A stretch of DNA of 64,000 bases from assembly GCA_002633005.1 (NCBI GenBank), contig NMRA01000300.1:241783-305782 (forward strand), written 5' to 3'. Below, piece after piece: positions 62,813 through 64,000 of this stretch. This stretch comes from Phoronis australis (lineage: Eukaryota > Animalia > Phoronida). The position numbers and the translations under genes are program-made. The notes beneath the pieces were generated by a model that saw only the letters and a list, made by a program, of their open reading frames with translations, did no database searches and was not told the origin of the DNA. Position 1 is the first letter of the stretch. The number at the start of each line of letters is the position of its first letter.

Positions 62813-63196
62813 GCATTTGAATATTAATCCGTACTGGTTATTTCATATAATAGGACAAGAACGATTCAGTTACTATAACTACCTGTATTTGCCCAATCAG
62901 CAGGTTTAATGTTAAGGAAAGCTGGTAGAATTCTAAGACTATTACATGTGCGAGATGTTAGTCATTCCTGGTGTACGTAAACCATTAATGTTTCTGTGTG
63001 ATGTGTTCAAGGATCATCAGATGTCGTCATGGCAACAATCAGCATCATTCCACCTTCATGGCAGATGCTCATTCTGTTTTATTGCATTCCGTAACAAGAA
63101 TTTGTTTCAACACCAAAAATTGTTGATTTCCATAGTCTATGTACAGTGTTATTCACTTGTGAAACGTTTTACTTGTATAGGATTTATTTAAAATTT

Positions 63197-63212
63197 AATA
63201 AATAAAATAAAA
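63197..63212 (+). terminator. Candidate ODAD2 polyadenylation signal cluster
   Basis: Overlapping AATAAA hexamers about 390 nt after the stop, followed by T-rich sequence. Confidence 0.5.
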
Positions 63213-64000
63213 CTCGCTTTATTTTTGAACTATTTTTTTTTGAAAAGTATTTATTTGGTGGATCACAAACTTTCTTCAGACGGTTAATTCTCCAGACAAG
63301 TTTTCATCTTATTTACCGACTTAACAGCAATTCTCAGTTTTATAAAATTCACAATTACTTCAAAGAAATCAGAAAAAATTATTGTCCCAGTAAGCAAAAA
63401 GTATCACTCTTAAGATTAGATCAAAGATTTAATAAAAGTAAAAATTAAATAAAATTGCAATTCTGCTATAAAACAAAGTCAACTTGTCCAATGTTTGCCA
63501 TTTGTACCCAGGTAAAAAATAAACCTTAATAAAATTTTTCAAGCTGGTATTCCAGTAGAGATTTACCGGACATCCGCAAGTAAACTGTGTTCCCTTAAAG
63601 TGGGCATAGACGTGTTGCCTTCTATTAAAACAGGACTAGATTCAGACTACCTGCAGCTGTGCAACTGATCTCGATTTGAAACGATCACTTAATCTCGCAA
63701 TTAGTGACCAAAATTTATAAGACTTAATAAGTGATTTGTATCAGCAATCCTAGGACCTATGGTACAACCTCGCTAAAAAGCAAAACTGCGACATGACGCC
63801 AGATAATTGCTGTGTATTTCAAATGATTTTGGTATGACTTTTCTAGCCGTGAAACAACTGAACTCGGAAGTTATGGTTTTACTTATAGCTGGGCTTATAG
63901 CAACTTTAAACAGATTCCTCTTGACAGAGTCCATGGACTTACGCAAGGCCAGGGGTTAATGAATTTAATTTAATGAAGATATGAGGTAGTAGAACACACA

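Overview
Eukaryotic, intron-rich, AT-rich genomic DNA from an invertebrate bilaterian; the species cannot be fixed from sequence alone. Three protein-coding genes lie on the + strand. (1) A single-ORF PRRT3/PRRT4-like multi-pass membrane protein with an acidic EPExFSSA-repeat N-terminus (9272-10693). (2) A compact two-exon engrailed homeobox gene (21752-22007 and 32265-32575; 188 aa, EH1-EH5 all present, 10.3 kb intron). (3) A complete 19-coding-exon ODAD2/ARMC4 outer dynein arm docking gene (38113-62812; about 1051 aa, splice phases checked by hand). The most interesting signals are inside ODAD2: a 1.38 kb phase-compatible acidic extra exon with PP1 (RVxF) and PKA motifs, a candidate alternative terminal exon giving an ARM-less N-terminal isoform, a GC-AG intron whose acceptor region is a 10x23-nt tandem repeat, many RFX X-box-like motifs, and an antisense fossil reading frame whose stops are almost all TGA. 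A duplicated exon flanking an N is probably an assembly or haplotype artefact. MITE-like elements with 5-bp target duplications and many minisatellites are also present. No rRNA, tRNA or CRISPR array was recognised.
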